This document shows positions 11,211 through 24,783 of a DNA stretch of 64,000 nucleotides, piece by piece; position 1 is the stretch's first letter, and each line of letters begins with the position of its first letter. The stretch lies in the NCBI RefSeq assembly GCF_046105845.1, contig NZ_CP151004.1, one strand, 5' to 3'. A program made the translations under genes and the position numbers. Under the pieces are notes generated by a model that saw only the letters and a program-made list of their open reading frames with translations, did not search any database and was not told the DNA's origin. Source of the DNA: Escherichia coli (GTDB lineage: Bacteria > Pseudomonadota > Gammaproteobacteria > Enterobacterales > Enterobacteriaceae).

Positions 11211-11443
11211 CTTCTTTGAATAACCGCTTTTGGACGAAAGTCCCTTGTGGAGTGCAAGTTGTCAGTCTAAAAGCGTTTTGCGTCAGGCGACACGATCAGT
11301 ACAGCTCCCAGGTTTTCTTACCATGGTATTTTGTGTGGTATCGACATGCAAATATAATGCTATTCTATTGATTTTACAGTGTTTTAAGGCGGCATTAATC
11401 ATCGAGTGGGAATGATTTGACCCTGCACTATGAATGAACAAAA

Positions 11444-11469
11444 CCCTCTGTTACTACAGAGGGTTTTTT
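11444..11469 (+). terminator. Rho-independent terminator between the convergent DUF262 operon and yfgI
   Basis: ccctctg ttacta cagaggg followed by tttttt; A-run on the other side makes it partly bidirectional. Confidence 0.65.
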
Positions 11470-11507
11470 ATCTTCAAGAATTATAGGCTTGAAGTTACTT
11501 ACATCGA

Positions 11508-12047
11508 TTAATTAAACCAGCTGTCCGATTTGTTCTCTTCTGCTTTGCCCACGCTTTTCATCAGATCGCGACCGCCTTCAGTCATATTTCTGTTTGCGTC
11601 AGCTTCAGATTGCACCACATCGGTTTGCGCAGCTTTGTGCTTCAGTTCCTGATCGATAAATTCGTTTTCTCGCTTAACGCGGGCTTCTTCTTTCGCCAGC
11701 GCCAGTTTTTGTTTCTGAATCTCTAAGCTGCGTAGCTCATCTTCATAACTTTGATCGCGTTTTTTGTCCGCAGTGGCTTCGGCATCCAGTTTATCCTGAC
11801 GAGCTTTCTTATTTGCCGCTGCCGTTGCCGCTCTTTTGTTAGCGGCGGCCTGGGCGTTTGCGCGACGTTGCTTCTCTTGCTGGATTTCCCTGTTGCGCTC
11901 CGCGACCCATTCGTCATGCTGCCTTTGCTCTTCATTTTTACCTTGCTGTTCCGCTTCTGCGACAGCAGAGAGTTGATCCTGCAATGATGAGGCGATAGCC
12001 GGATAGCTTAAGGAGGCTAAGATGGCGCAAAGAAAAACTTTCTTCAT
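11508..12047 (-). CDS. yfgI: Periplasmic coiled-coil protein YfgI
   Basis: 179 aa, signal peptide MKKVFLCAILASLSYPAIA, charged repeats; K-12 synteny. Confidence 0.88.
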   Translation of the reverse strand: MKKVFLCAILASLSYPAIASSLQDQLSAVAEAEQQGKNEEQRQHDEWVAERNREIQQEKQRRANAQAAANKRAATAAANKKARQDKLDAEATADKKRDQSYEDELRSLEIQKQKLALAKEEARVKRENEFIDQELKHKAAQTDVVQSEADANRNMTEGGRDLMKSVGKAEENKSDSWFN

Positions 12048-12062
12048 GACTCCTCCTGATTA

Positions 12063-12581
12063 TTAGCTCTTTTCAGGACATTTGGTATTTGGCTGAATAC
12101 GCGTTTCGTTATACGTCGTGGTAATAACAACGGCTAAACCTGTCGTAAACTGGCACTCTTTACCCACCTGGGTGGAGGTATACACTTTGGTGCCTTCCTT
12201 ATACGTTAGAGAAACACCTTCTACTAAGGTTTTATCATTCACCATAGAACCCGCTGCCGCGCCAACAGCTCCGCCGCCAACTGCACCTGCAGTCGTTCCG
12301 GAATTGCTGCCAGACCCCACGTTGTGGCCGATTACACCGCCAGCGACTGCACCAATAAGCGCGCCGAAGGCTTGTGCGTTTCGTTTATTTTGGGAGTTGT
12401 CTACGACAACTTTTGCGGGAAGAATGGAAATAATATTAACGGTTTTAGTTTCTTGTTTGGTATTCAGTTGATCGGTTTGATAAACATCGGCGGCATGATC
12501 ATCAGCATTTGACTGGCATCCTGCCAGAGTGAATGACGCTAACATTGCCAAAGGCAGAAGACATTTTTTAAATTTCATCAC
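12063..12581 (-). CDS. yfgH: Outer membrane lipoprotein YfgH (glycine-zipper)
   Basis: 172 aa, lipobox LAGC, Gly-rich GxxxG tract. Confidence 0.88.
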   Translation of the reverse strand: MMKFKKCLLPLAMLASFTLAGCQSNADDHAADVYQTDQLNTKQETKTVNIISILPAKVVVDNSQNKRNAQAFGALIGAVAGGVIGHNVGSGSNSGTTAGAVGGGAVGAAAGSMVNDKTLVEGVSLTYKEGTKVYTSTQVGKECQFTTGLAVVITTTYNETRIQPNTKCPEKS

Positions 12582-12891
12582 TATTCCTTGTTATACACAT
12601 TACGAAAAATAAGATATTTAAGATCATCAAAAGAGGAAAGTAAATGTATTGCGTATAAAGGAATAGATTAAATTTATTAAAATTCATGTGGAAAATAATT
12701 TATAAAAATACATCATTAAAACATATGTATTAATTTTATATTTATTTCGCAGCCAAACAGGATAAACATCAGTCAGGACAAAGACGTAAAATTTAAGATG
12801 AAAGAATATCTGCCGCTTTGATAATCCCAAAGAGCAAAAGCATCCGACAGCGAGGTGCCGTTATGTTCTGTGAAAGTGGAGAAGGTAACCG

Positions 12892-13083
12892 CTAACGTTG
12901 TACCGGTGATTCGACGGAGAGTGTGGATTGCTGAGCTTCTTTTTTGCTCTGATGGTGCTGCCATGCACCGACGGACGAGTAGATAAAACGGCCAAAGAAG
13001 AAGATAAAGCTGATGAGCAGTACGATACGGGTCATGCGACTGTTAAATCGGTGTCGTTTTCGCATACTGGTTGCCTGACTCAC
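12892..13083 (-). CDS. yfgG: Small membrane protein YfgG (63 aa)
   Basis: 63 aa ORF with one hydrophobic helix; position matches K-12 yfgG. Confidence 0.65.
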   Translation of the reverse strand: MSQATSMRKRHRFNSRMTRIVLLISFIFFFGRFIYSSVGAWQHHQSKKEAQQSTLSVESPVQR

Positions 13084-13293
13084 AAAAGGTTCCTTGAAGT
13101 ATGTCCCACGCTGTGGACGGTACTTACATTAAGGCACAACAGGACAAAATGGTCAATTCTTCGTTATGTAAAAAAGCGTCAGTGGATACATATTTTAATG
13201 TTATGGAAGTTAATTTAATTATTTACAATGATGATGTAATAATGATGAATTAACATGATAAACGTAATAATTCATTAATCAGGGTTATTTTGT

Positions 13294-13307
13294 TTGATAT
13301 ATATCAA
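13294..13307. promoter_or_regulatory. Consensus FNR box TTGAT-N4-ATCAA upstream of pdeF
   Basis: Perfect TTGATatatATCAA about 128 bp upstream of pdeF ATG in AT-rich region. Confidence 0.5.
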
Positions 13308-13434
13308 TTGGAACTTTCATATGACACTTAGAATCAATGCTCTCTATAGTGATGAATAATCATCATTCGAAGTCAGGTGGGATGCCTGTCTGAATACACC
13401 TCCTTCAGGATGTGGGGGATTCTGCTGAGCATCT

Positions 13435-15678
13435 ATGAAACTGAATGCAACTTATATAAAAATACGTGATAAATGGTGGGGGCTTCCGCTGTTCCTGCCT
13501 TCTTTAATCTTGCCCATTTTCGCCCACATTAATACTTTCGCGCATATTTCTTCCGGTGAGGTTTTTCTCTTTTATCTGCCTCTGGCTCTGATGATCAGCA
13601 TGATGATGTTTTTCAGCTGGGCGGCATTGCCAGGGATCGCCTTAGGGATTTTTGTCCGCAAATATGCAGAGCTGGGTTTTTACGAAACGCTCTCATTAAC
13701 GGCTAATTTTATTATCATTATCATTCTCTGTTGGGGCGGTTACAGGGTCTTTACTCCCCGGCGTAACAACGTTTCACATGGTGATACCCGTTTAATTTCC
13801 CAGCGTATATTCTGGCAGATTGTGTTTCCTGCAACGCTGTTTCTGATACTTTTCCAGTTTGCTGCGTTTGTAGGATTACTGGCGAGCAGAGAAAATCTGG
13901 TCGGCGTCATGCCTTTTAACCTCGGGACCTTAATCAATTATCAGGCCTTACTGGTGGGCAATCTGATTGGTGTCCCGCTGTGCTACTTCATCATTCGGGT
14001 GGTGCGAAATCCGTTTTATTTACGTAGCTATTATTCGCAATTAAAACAGCAGGTTGATGTCAAAGTCACCAAAAAAGAGTTCGCGCTCTGGCTACTGGCA
14101 TTAGGTGCGTTGTTGTTGCTGTTATGCATGCCGTTAAATGAAAAAAGCACAATTTTTAGCACCAATTATACCCTGTCATTATTGCTGCCCCTGATGATGT
14201 GGGGAGCGATGCGCTATGGTTATAAGCTGATTTCGCTGCTCTGGGCGGTCGTGTTGATGATCAGCATCCACAGCTATCAAAATTACATTCCCATTTATCC
14301 TGGCTATACCACACAGCTGACCATAACCTCCTCCAGTTATCTGGTATTCTCTTTTATTGTCAATTATATGGCTGTACTGGCAACCCGTCAGAGAGCGGTA
14401 GTCAGACGCATTCAGCGGCTTGCGTATGTGGACCCGGTGGTTCATCTGCCAAATGTTCGCGCCCTGAATCGCGCGTTGCGTGATGCCCCCTGGTCTGCGC
14501 TTTGTTATTTACGCATCCCTGGCATGGAAATGCTGGTTAAGAACTATGGCATCATGCTGCGGATTCAATACAAGCAAAAACTTTCTCACTGGCTGTCACC
14601 CTTGCTGGAACCGGGTGAGGATGTTTATCAGCTTTCGGGTAACGATCTCGCGCTGCGACTGAATACAGAATCGCACCAGGAGCGCATTACCGAACTGGAT
14701 AGCCATCTCAAGCAATTTCGTTTCTTTTGGGATGGAATGCCGATGCAACCGCAGATTGGCGTCAGTTACTGCTATGTGCGCTCGCCAGTGAATCATATCT
14801 ACCTGTTGCTGGGAGAGCTAAATACGGTCGCCGAGCTTTCCATCGTGACCAACGCCCCGGAAAATATGCAGCGTCGCGGGGCAATGTATTTGCAACGCGA
14901 ATTGAAAGATAAAGTCGCGATGATGAATCGGCTACAGCAGGCGCTGGAACACAACCATTTTTTCCTGATGGCCCAGCCGATTACCGGTATGCGTGGCGAT
15001 GTCTACCATGAAATTCTTCTGCGCATGAAAGGTGAGAATGATGAACTGATCAGCCCCGACAGCTTCTTGCCGGTCGCGCACGAATTTGGTTTATCGTCGA
15101 GTATCGACATGTGGGTCATTGAGCATACGCTGCAATTTATGGCTGAAAACAGAGCGAAGATGCCCGCTCACCGTTTTGCGATTAATCTGTCGCCAACCTC
15201 GGTATGTCAGGCTCGTTTTCCCGTTGAAGTCAGTCAGCTGCTGGCTAAATATCAAATTGAAGCGTGGCAACTTATTTTTGAAGTCACCGAAAGTAATGCT
15301 CTGACAAATGTTAAGCAGGCGCAAATCACCTTGCAGCATCTTCAGGAATTAGGCTGCCAGATTGCGATTGATGATTTCGGCACCGGCTACGCCAGCTATG
15401 CGCGGCTTAAAAATGTGAATGCCGATTTGCTTAAAATTGACGGCAGTTTTATCCGCAATATTGTGTCAAATAGTCTGGATTATCAGATAGTGGCGTCGAT
15501 TTGCCACCTGGCGCGAATGAAGAAAATGCGGGTAGTGGCAGAGTACGTTGAAAACGAAGAGATCCGCGAGGCGGTGCTCTCTTTGGGGATCGATTATATG
15601 CAGGGTTATCTTATTGGTAAGCCGCAACCGTTAATTGATACGCTGAATGAAATCGAACCCATTCGCGAAAGTGCCTGA
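13435..15678 (+). CDS. pdeF: c-di-GMP phosphodiesterase PdeF (YfgF); MASE1-GGDEF(degenerate)-EAL
   Basis: 747 aa; N-terminal multi-TM domain, C-terminal EAL motifs. Confidence 0.93.
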   Translation: MKLNATYIKIRDKWWGLPLFLPSLILPIFAHINTFAHISSGEVFLFYLPLALMISMMMFFSWAALPGIALGIFVRKYAELGFYETLSLTANFIIIIILCWGGYRVFTPRRNNVSHGDTRLISQRIFWQIVFPATLFLILFQFAAFVGLLASRENLVGVMPFNLGTLINYQALLVGNLIGVPLCYFIIRVVRNPFYLRSYYSQLKQQVDVKVTKKEFALWLLALGALLLLLCMPLNEKSTIFSTNYTLSLLLPLMMWGAMRYGYKLISLLWAVVLMISIHSYQNYIPIYPGYTTQLTITSSSYLVFSFIVNYMAVLATRQRAVVRRIQRLAYVDPVVHLPNVRALNRALRDAPWSALCYLRIPGMEMLVKNYGIMLRIQYKQKLSHWLSPLLEPGEDVYQLSGNDLALRLNTESHQERITELDSHLKQFRFFWDGMPMQPQIGVSYCYVRSPVNHIYLLLGELNTVAELSIVTNAPENMQRRGAMYLQRELKDKVAMMNRLQQALEHNHFFLMAQPITGMRGDVYHEILLRMKGENDELISPDSFLPVAHEFGLSSSIDMWVIEHTLQFMAENRAKMPAHRFAINLSPTSVCQARFPVEVSQLLAKYQIEAWQLIFEVTESNALTNVKQAQITLQHLQELGCQIAIDDFGTGYASYARLKNVNADLLKIDGSFIRNIVSNSLDYQIVASICHLARMKKMRVVAEYVENEEIREAVLSLGIDYMQGYLIGKPQPLIDTLNEIEPIRESA

Positions 15679-15683
15679 ATAAT

Positions 15684-15710
15684 GCGGGCCGACATTTCTC
15701 GTCGGCCCGC
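15684..15710. terminator. Bidirectional hairpin between convergent pdeF and ppx
   Basis: gcgggccgac atttctc gtcggcccgc, 10-bp perfect stem within the 38-bp gap between stops; no strong U-tract. Confidence 0.5.
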
Positions 15711-15716
15711 AAAGCA

Positions 15717-19329
<3,613 letters not shown>

Positions 19330-19457
19330 TACCACTTTTACTCCGTTTTATTCACGGGACACTGCCTGGATATTATGGCGAGCAATATTGGCAGATGTCC
19401 AACTATGCCAGAAAAGGGGGAAAAAAACTGCTGGAGCTTGCGATTTACAGGTGAATT

Positions 19458-19483
19458 GAAAAACGCCAGCGGCAGAGCTGGCG
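19458..19483 (-). terminator. Terminator downstream of purN
   Basis: cgccagc / gctggcg stem followed by U-run on minus strand. Confidence 0.5.
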
Positions 19484-19500
19484 CTTTAACTACGGGGGCA

Positions 19501-20138
19501 TTACTCGTCGGCAGCGTAGCCCTGCGGCGGCAGACGTTGACCATCCAGCCACGCGGCGTTTTCGTGCATTTTCAGACGACCATCGGCAAACCAGCTAATC
19601 ACCAGTGGATAAATAGCGTGTTCCTGGGTTTGCACGCGGGCGGTGATGTCATCTTCCGTATCACCAGCAAATACCGGGACTTTCGCCTGTAAAATAACCG
19701 GGCCACCGTCCAGTTCATCGGTGACGAAATGCACCGATGTACCGTGCTCCTCATCGCCATTTTCCAGCGCCTGACGATGGGTGTGTAATCCGGGATATTT
19801 CGGCAGCAGAGAAGGGTGAATGTTCAGCAAACGCCCGGCATAGTGGGAGACAAACGCCGGGCTGAGAATGCGCATAAAACCAGCCAGCACGACCACATCT
19901 GGTGCGTACATGTCGATTTCATGAATCAACTCCCGGTCATAGGCTTCACGACTGTCAAACGCGCTGGCGATGAGCGTATGCGTTGCAATACCCGCCTGGC
20001 GGGCGCGTTCAAGGCCGAACGCGTCGGCCTTATTGCTGAAAACTGCCCGTACGGTGCCTTTAATTTTGTTGGTTTTGCAGGCGTCAATAATTGCCTGCAA
20101 ATTACTTCCGTTGCCGGAAATAAGCACCACAATATTCA

Positions 20139-20139
<1 letters not shown>
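19501..20139 (-). CDS. purN: Phosphoribosylglycinamide formyltransferase PurN
   Basis: 212 aa; MNIVVLISGNGSNLQAII. Confidence 0.95.
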
Positions 20140-21194
<1,055 letters not shown>

Positions 21195-21240
21195 TTACTT
21201 GCGGTAGAAAAATAAAATTCGGCGCAATTCTAACAGGGAA

Positions 21241-21256
21241 AGCAAACGTTTGCGAG
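21241..21256 (-). promoter_or_regulatory. PurR operator (pur box) of purMN
   Basis: Minus-strand TCGCAAACGTTTGCTT palindrome upstream of purM. Confidence 0.6.
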
Positions 21257-21452
21257 ACTGCTTTACACAACCTTTTTGTACGTCTTTTCCCCAGGCGCGC
21301 GGCAAAACAATACTTGTACCAGGGCAAAGGATCGTTTTCGGATGGAATAATCTTCTTCCATAACCATTTGAATATAAAATAACTTTATCTCAAACCGTTA
21401 TCATTTTGACTAAAGTCAACGAAAATAATATTGCCGCCTTGAAGAAAGGAGG

Positions 21453-21473
21453 TATAATCCGTCGATTTTTTTT
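21453..21473 (+). promoter_or_regulatory. upp promoter -10 TATAAT and initially transcribed T8 tract (UTP-sensitive reiterative transcription)
   Basis: tataatccgtcgattttttttg; TATAAT 21453-21458, T-run 21466-21473. Confidence 0.6.
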
Positions 21474-21500
21474 GTGGCTGCCCCTCAAAGGAGAAAGAGT

Positions 21501-22127
21501 ATGAAGATCGTGGAAGTCAAACACCCACTCGTCAAACACAAGCTGGGACTGATGCGTGAGCAAGATATCAGCACCAAGCGCTTTCGCGAACTCGCTTCCG
21601 AAGTGGGTAGCCTGCTGACTTACGAAGCGACCGCCGACCTCGAAACGGAAAAAGTAACTATCGAAGGCTGGAACGGCCCGGTAGAAATCGACCAGATCAA
21701 AGGTAAGAAAATTACCGTTGTGCCAATTCTGCGTGCGGGTCTGGGGATGATGGACGGTGTGCTGGAAAACGTTCCGAGCGCGCGCATCAGCGTCGTCGGT
21801 ATGTACCGTAATGAAGAAACGCTGGAGCCGGTACCGTACTTCCAGAAACTGGTTTCTAACATCGATGAGCGTATGGCGCTGATCGTTGACCCAATGCTGG
21901 CAACCGGTGGTTCCGTTATCGCGACCATCGACCTGCTGAAAAAAGCGGGCTGCAGCAGCATCAAAGTTCTGGTGCTGGTCGCTGCGCCAGAAGGTATCGC
22001 AGCGCTGGAAAAAGCGCACCCGGACGTCGAACTGTTTACTGCATCGATTGACCAGGGACTGAACGAGCACGGATACATTATTCCGGGCCTCGGCGATGCC
22101 GGTGACAAAATCTTTGGTACGAAATAA
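21501..22127 (+). CDS. upp: Uracil phosphoribosyltransferase Upp
   Basis: 208 aa from [20 protein letters not shown]. Confidence 0.95.
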   Translation: MKIVEVKHPLVKHKLGLMREQDISTKRFRELASEVGSLLTYEATADLETEKVTIEGWNGPVEIDQIKGKKITVVPILRAGLGMMDGVLENVPSARISVVGMYRNEETLEPVPYFQKLVSNIDERMALIVDPMLATGGSVIATIDLLKKAGCSSIKVLVLVAAPEGIAALEKAHPDVELFTASIDQGLNEHGYIIPGLGDAGDKIFGTK

Positions 22128-22142
22128 AGAATAAAAATAATT

Positions 22143-22172
22143 AAAGCCGACTTTAAGAGTCGGCTTTTTTTT
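22143..22172 (+). terminator. Rho-independent terminator/attenuator after upp
   Basis: aaagccgac tttaaga gtcggcttt followed by T-run. Confidence 0.6.
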
Positions 22173-22212
22173 GAGTAAAGCGCCTATAACACATAATACA
22201 GAGGATAATACT

Positions 22213-23502
22213 ATGACGCGCCGTGCTATCGGGGTGAGTGAAAGACCGCCACTTTTACAGACAATCCCGCTTAGTTTGCAACATTTGTTCGCCATGTTTG
22301 GTGCAACCGTCCTGGTGCCCGTCTTATTTCATATTAACCCGGCGACTGTACTGTTATTTAACGGTATAGGAACACTGCTGTATCTCTTCATCTGTAAAGG
22401 GAAAATTCCGGCTTATCTTGGTTCCAGCTTTGCCTTTATTTCACCGGTATTGTTACTGTTGCCGTTGGGGTATGAAGTCGCGCTGGGCGGCTTTATTATG
22501 TGCGGCGTGCTGTTCTGCCTGGTTTCTTTTATCGTGAAGAAAGCGGGGACCGGCTGGCTGGACGTGCTGTTTCCACCTGCGGCAATGGGCGCAATCGTTG
22601 CCGTCATCGGTCTGGAGCTGGCGGGCGTAGCTGCCGGTATGGCAGGTTTACTCCCGGCTGAAGGGCAAACTCCAGACTCCAAAACCATCATCATCTCCAT
22701 TACCACGCTGGCGGTTACGGTTTTAGGTTCCGTGCTGTTTCGTGGTTTCCTGGCAATTATCCCGATTTTAATTGGCGTGCTGGTGGGCTACGCGCTCTCT
22801 TTCGCAATGGGAATTGTCGATACCACGCCGATTATTAATGCTCACTGGTTTGCGCTGCCAACTCTCTATACGCCGCGCTTCGAGTGGTTTGCCATTCTGA
22901 CTATTCTGCCAGCGGCGTTAGTGGTTATTGCCGAACACGTAGGGCACCTGGTGGTAACGGCTAATATCGTCAAAAAAGATCTGCTGCGCGATCCTGGTCT
23001 GCACCGTTCGATGTTTGCTAACGGCTTGTCGACCGTGATCTCCGGCTTCTTTGGCTCCACGCCAAATACCACCTACGGGGAAAACATTGGCGTGATGGCG
23101 ATCACCCGTGTTTACAGTACCTGGGTTATCGGCGGGGCAGCGATTTTCGCTATCCTGCTTTCCTGCGTCGGTAAACTGGCTGCTGCTATCCAGATGATCC
23201 CATTGCCGGTGATGGGCGGCGTTTCGCTGCTGCTTTATGGTGTCATCGGTGCTTCCGGTATTCGTGTTTTGATCGAATCGAAAGTGGATTACAACAAAGC
23301 ACAGAACCTGATCCTGACTTCCGTGATTTTGATCATCGGTGTCAGCGGCGCGAAGGTAAACATCGGCGCGGCGGAGCTGAAAGGTATGGCGCTGGCGACC
23401 ATCGTCGGTATCGGCTTAAGTTTGATCTTCAAACTGATTAGTGTGCTGCGCCCTGAAGAAGTGGTGCTGGACGCAGAAGACGCGGATATAACAGACAAAT
23501 AA
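22213..23502 (+). CDS. uraA: Uracil permease UraA
   Basis: 429 aa from [24 protein letters not shown]; NCS2 family. Confidence 0.95.
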   Translation: MTRRAIGVSERPPLLQTIPLSLQHLFAMFGATVLVPVLFHINPATVLLFNGIGTLLYLFICKGKIPAYLGSSFAFISPVLLLLPLGYEVALGGFIMCGVLFCLVSFIVKKAGTGWLDVLFPPAAMGAIVAVIGLELAGVAAGMAGLLPAEGQTPDSKTIIISITTLAVTVLGSVLFRGFLAIIPILIGVLVGYALSFAMGIVDTTPIINAHWFALPTLYTPRFEWFAILTILPAALVVIAEHVGHLVVTANIVKKDLLRDPGLHRSMFANGLSTVISGFFGSTPNTTYGENIGVMAITRVYSTWVIGGAAIFAILLSCVGKLAAAIQMIPLPVMGGVSLLLYGVIGASGIRVLIESKVDYNKAQNLILTSVILIIGVSGAKVNIGAAELKGMALATIVGIGLSLIFKLISVLRPEEVVLDAEDADITDK

Positions 23503-23510
23503 TGTACCGA

Positions 23511-23531
23511 CCGGGCAGTGTTGCTGCCCGG
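23511..23531 (+). other. Hairpin downstream of uraA (ccgggcag tgttg ctgcccgg)
   Basis: 8-bp perfect stem; weak U-tract. Confidence 0.35.
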
Positions 23532-23596
23532 TTCAAACATCATGGGATTCTGTGGTAAACTTCTCGCGATTTTGTGAAATCCTGGTTGAGGTATCT

Positions 23597-24298
23597 CTGA
23601 ACACACCGGCACAGCTCTCTTTGCCACTTTATCTTCCTGACGACGAAACCTTTGCAAGTTTCTGGCCGGGGGATAACTCCTCTTTACTGGCCGCGCTGCA
23701 AAACGTGCTGCGTCAGGAACATAGCGGTTACATCTATCTCTGGGCACGCGAAGGCGCGGGGCGCAGCCATCTGCTGCACGCGGCTTGCGCGGAATTGTCG
23801 CAGCGTGGCGATGCGGTGGGCTATGTCCCGCTGGATAAACGCACCTGGTTTGTTCCGGAAGTGCTCGACGGTATGGAGCATTTGTCGCTGGTCTGTATCG
23901 ACAACATTGAGTGTATTGCAGGCGATGAGTTGTGGGAGATGGCGATTTTCGATCTCTACAATCGAATTCTGGAATCGGGCAAAACACGGTTGTTGATCAC
24001 CGGCGATCGTCCACCGCGGCAGTTGAATCTGGGATTACCGGATCTCGCGTCGCGACTCGACTGGGGGCAGATCTACAAATTGCAGCCACTTTCTGATGAA
24101 GATAAGTTGCAGGCGCTACAGTTACGCGCGCGTTTGCGTGGTTTTGAACTGCCGGAAGATGTGGGGCGTTTCTTGCTGAAGCGGCTCGACAGAGAAATGC
24201 GCACGTTATTTATGACGTTGGATCAGCTGGATCGTGCGTCGATTACCGCGCAACGTAAGCTGACCATTCCGTTTGTGAAAGAGATTCTGAAACTGTAG
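23597..24298 (+). CDS. hda: DnaA-inactivating protein Hda (non-AUG CTG start per established annotation)
   Basis: 233 aa from [19 protein letters not shown]; AAA+ motifs; ORF track extends 15 codons upstream. Confidence 0.85.
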
Positions 24299-24301
24299 AC
24301 A

Positions 24302-24364
24302 AGACGTTTATTGTCGGATGCGCACCCATAGTATTCGTCGGCCGGATAAGACGCGGCAAGCGTC
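24302..24364. repeat. REP (repetitive extragenic palindromic) element(s)
   Basis: gccggataagacgcggcaagcgtcgcatccggc. Confidence 0.6.
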
Positions 24365-24403
24365 GCATCCGGCAATGTGCTTCAACTAGCGATGGAGCAC
24401 TTC

Positions 24404-24763
24404 TTAACCCACGATTTCCAGCACCTGCTCCGGTGGACGACCAATTCGCGCTTTGCCATTCGCGACCACAATCGGGCGCTCCATTAGCTTCGGATTATCC
24501 ACCATTGCCTGAATCAGCGCCTCTTCGCTAAGCGAACTGTCAGCCAGGTTCAGTTCTTTATAAAGATCCTCTTTCTGGCGCATCAATTCACGAGCGCTAT
24601 TCATCCCCAGCATTTTCAGCAAATCACGCAGCGTTGCCGCATCGGCGGGTGTCTCAAGGTAGAGCACCACTTCTGGCTCCACGCCGTTTTCTTTCAGCAG
24701 GTTTAGCGTTTCCCGGCTCTTTGAACAGCGTGGGTTATGGTAGATTTTTACCTGTTTGGTCAT
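24404..24763 (-). CDS. yfgD: ArsC-family reductase YfgD
   Basis: 119 aa; MTKQVKIYHNPRCSKSRETL catalytic Cys motif. Confidence 0.9.
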   Translation of the reverse strand: MTKQVKIYHNPRCSKSRETLNLLKENGVEPEVVLYLETPADAATLRDLLKMLGMNSARELMRQKEDLYKELNLADSSLSEEALIQAMVDNPKLMERPIVVANGKARIGRPPEQVLEIVG

Positions 24764-24783
24764 TGTTCTTCCTTTAATGCGAA

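Noticed and set aside
11230-11415. 61-aa plus-strand ORF in the right junction
   Set aside because: No RBS, hydrophobic low-complexity translation, sits in a likely non-coding junction; retained only as part of the junction finding.
12582-13434. AT-rich blocks around yfgG as possible foreign DNA
   Set aside because: They are promoter and intergenic regions of conserved genes (yfgH, pdeF) and contain the FNR site; AT-richness here is expected for regulatory DNA.
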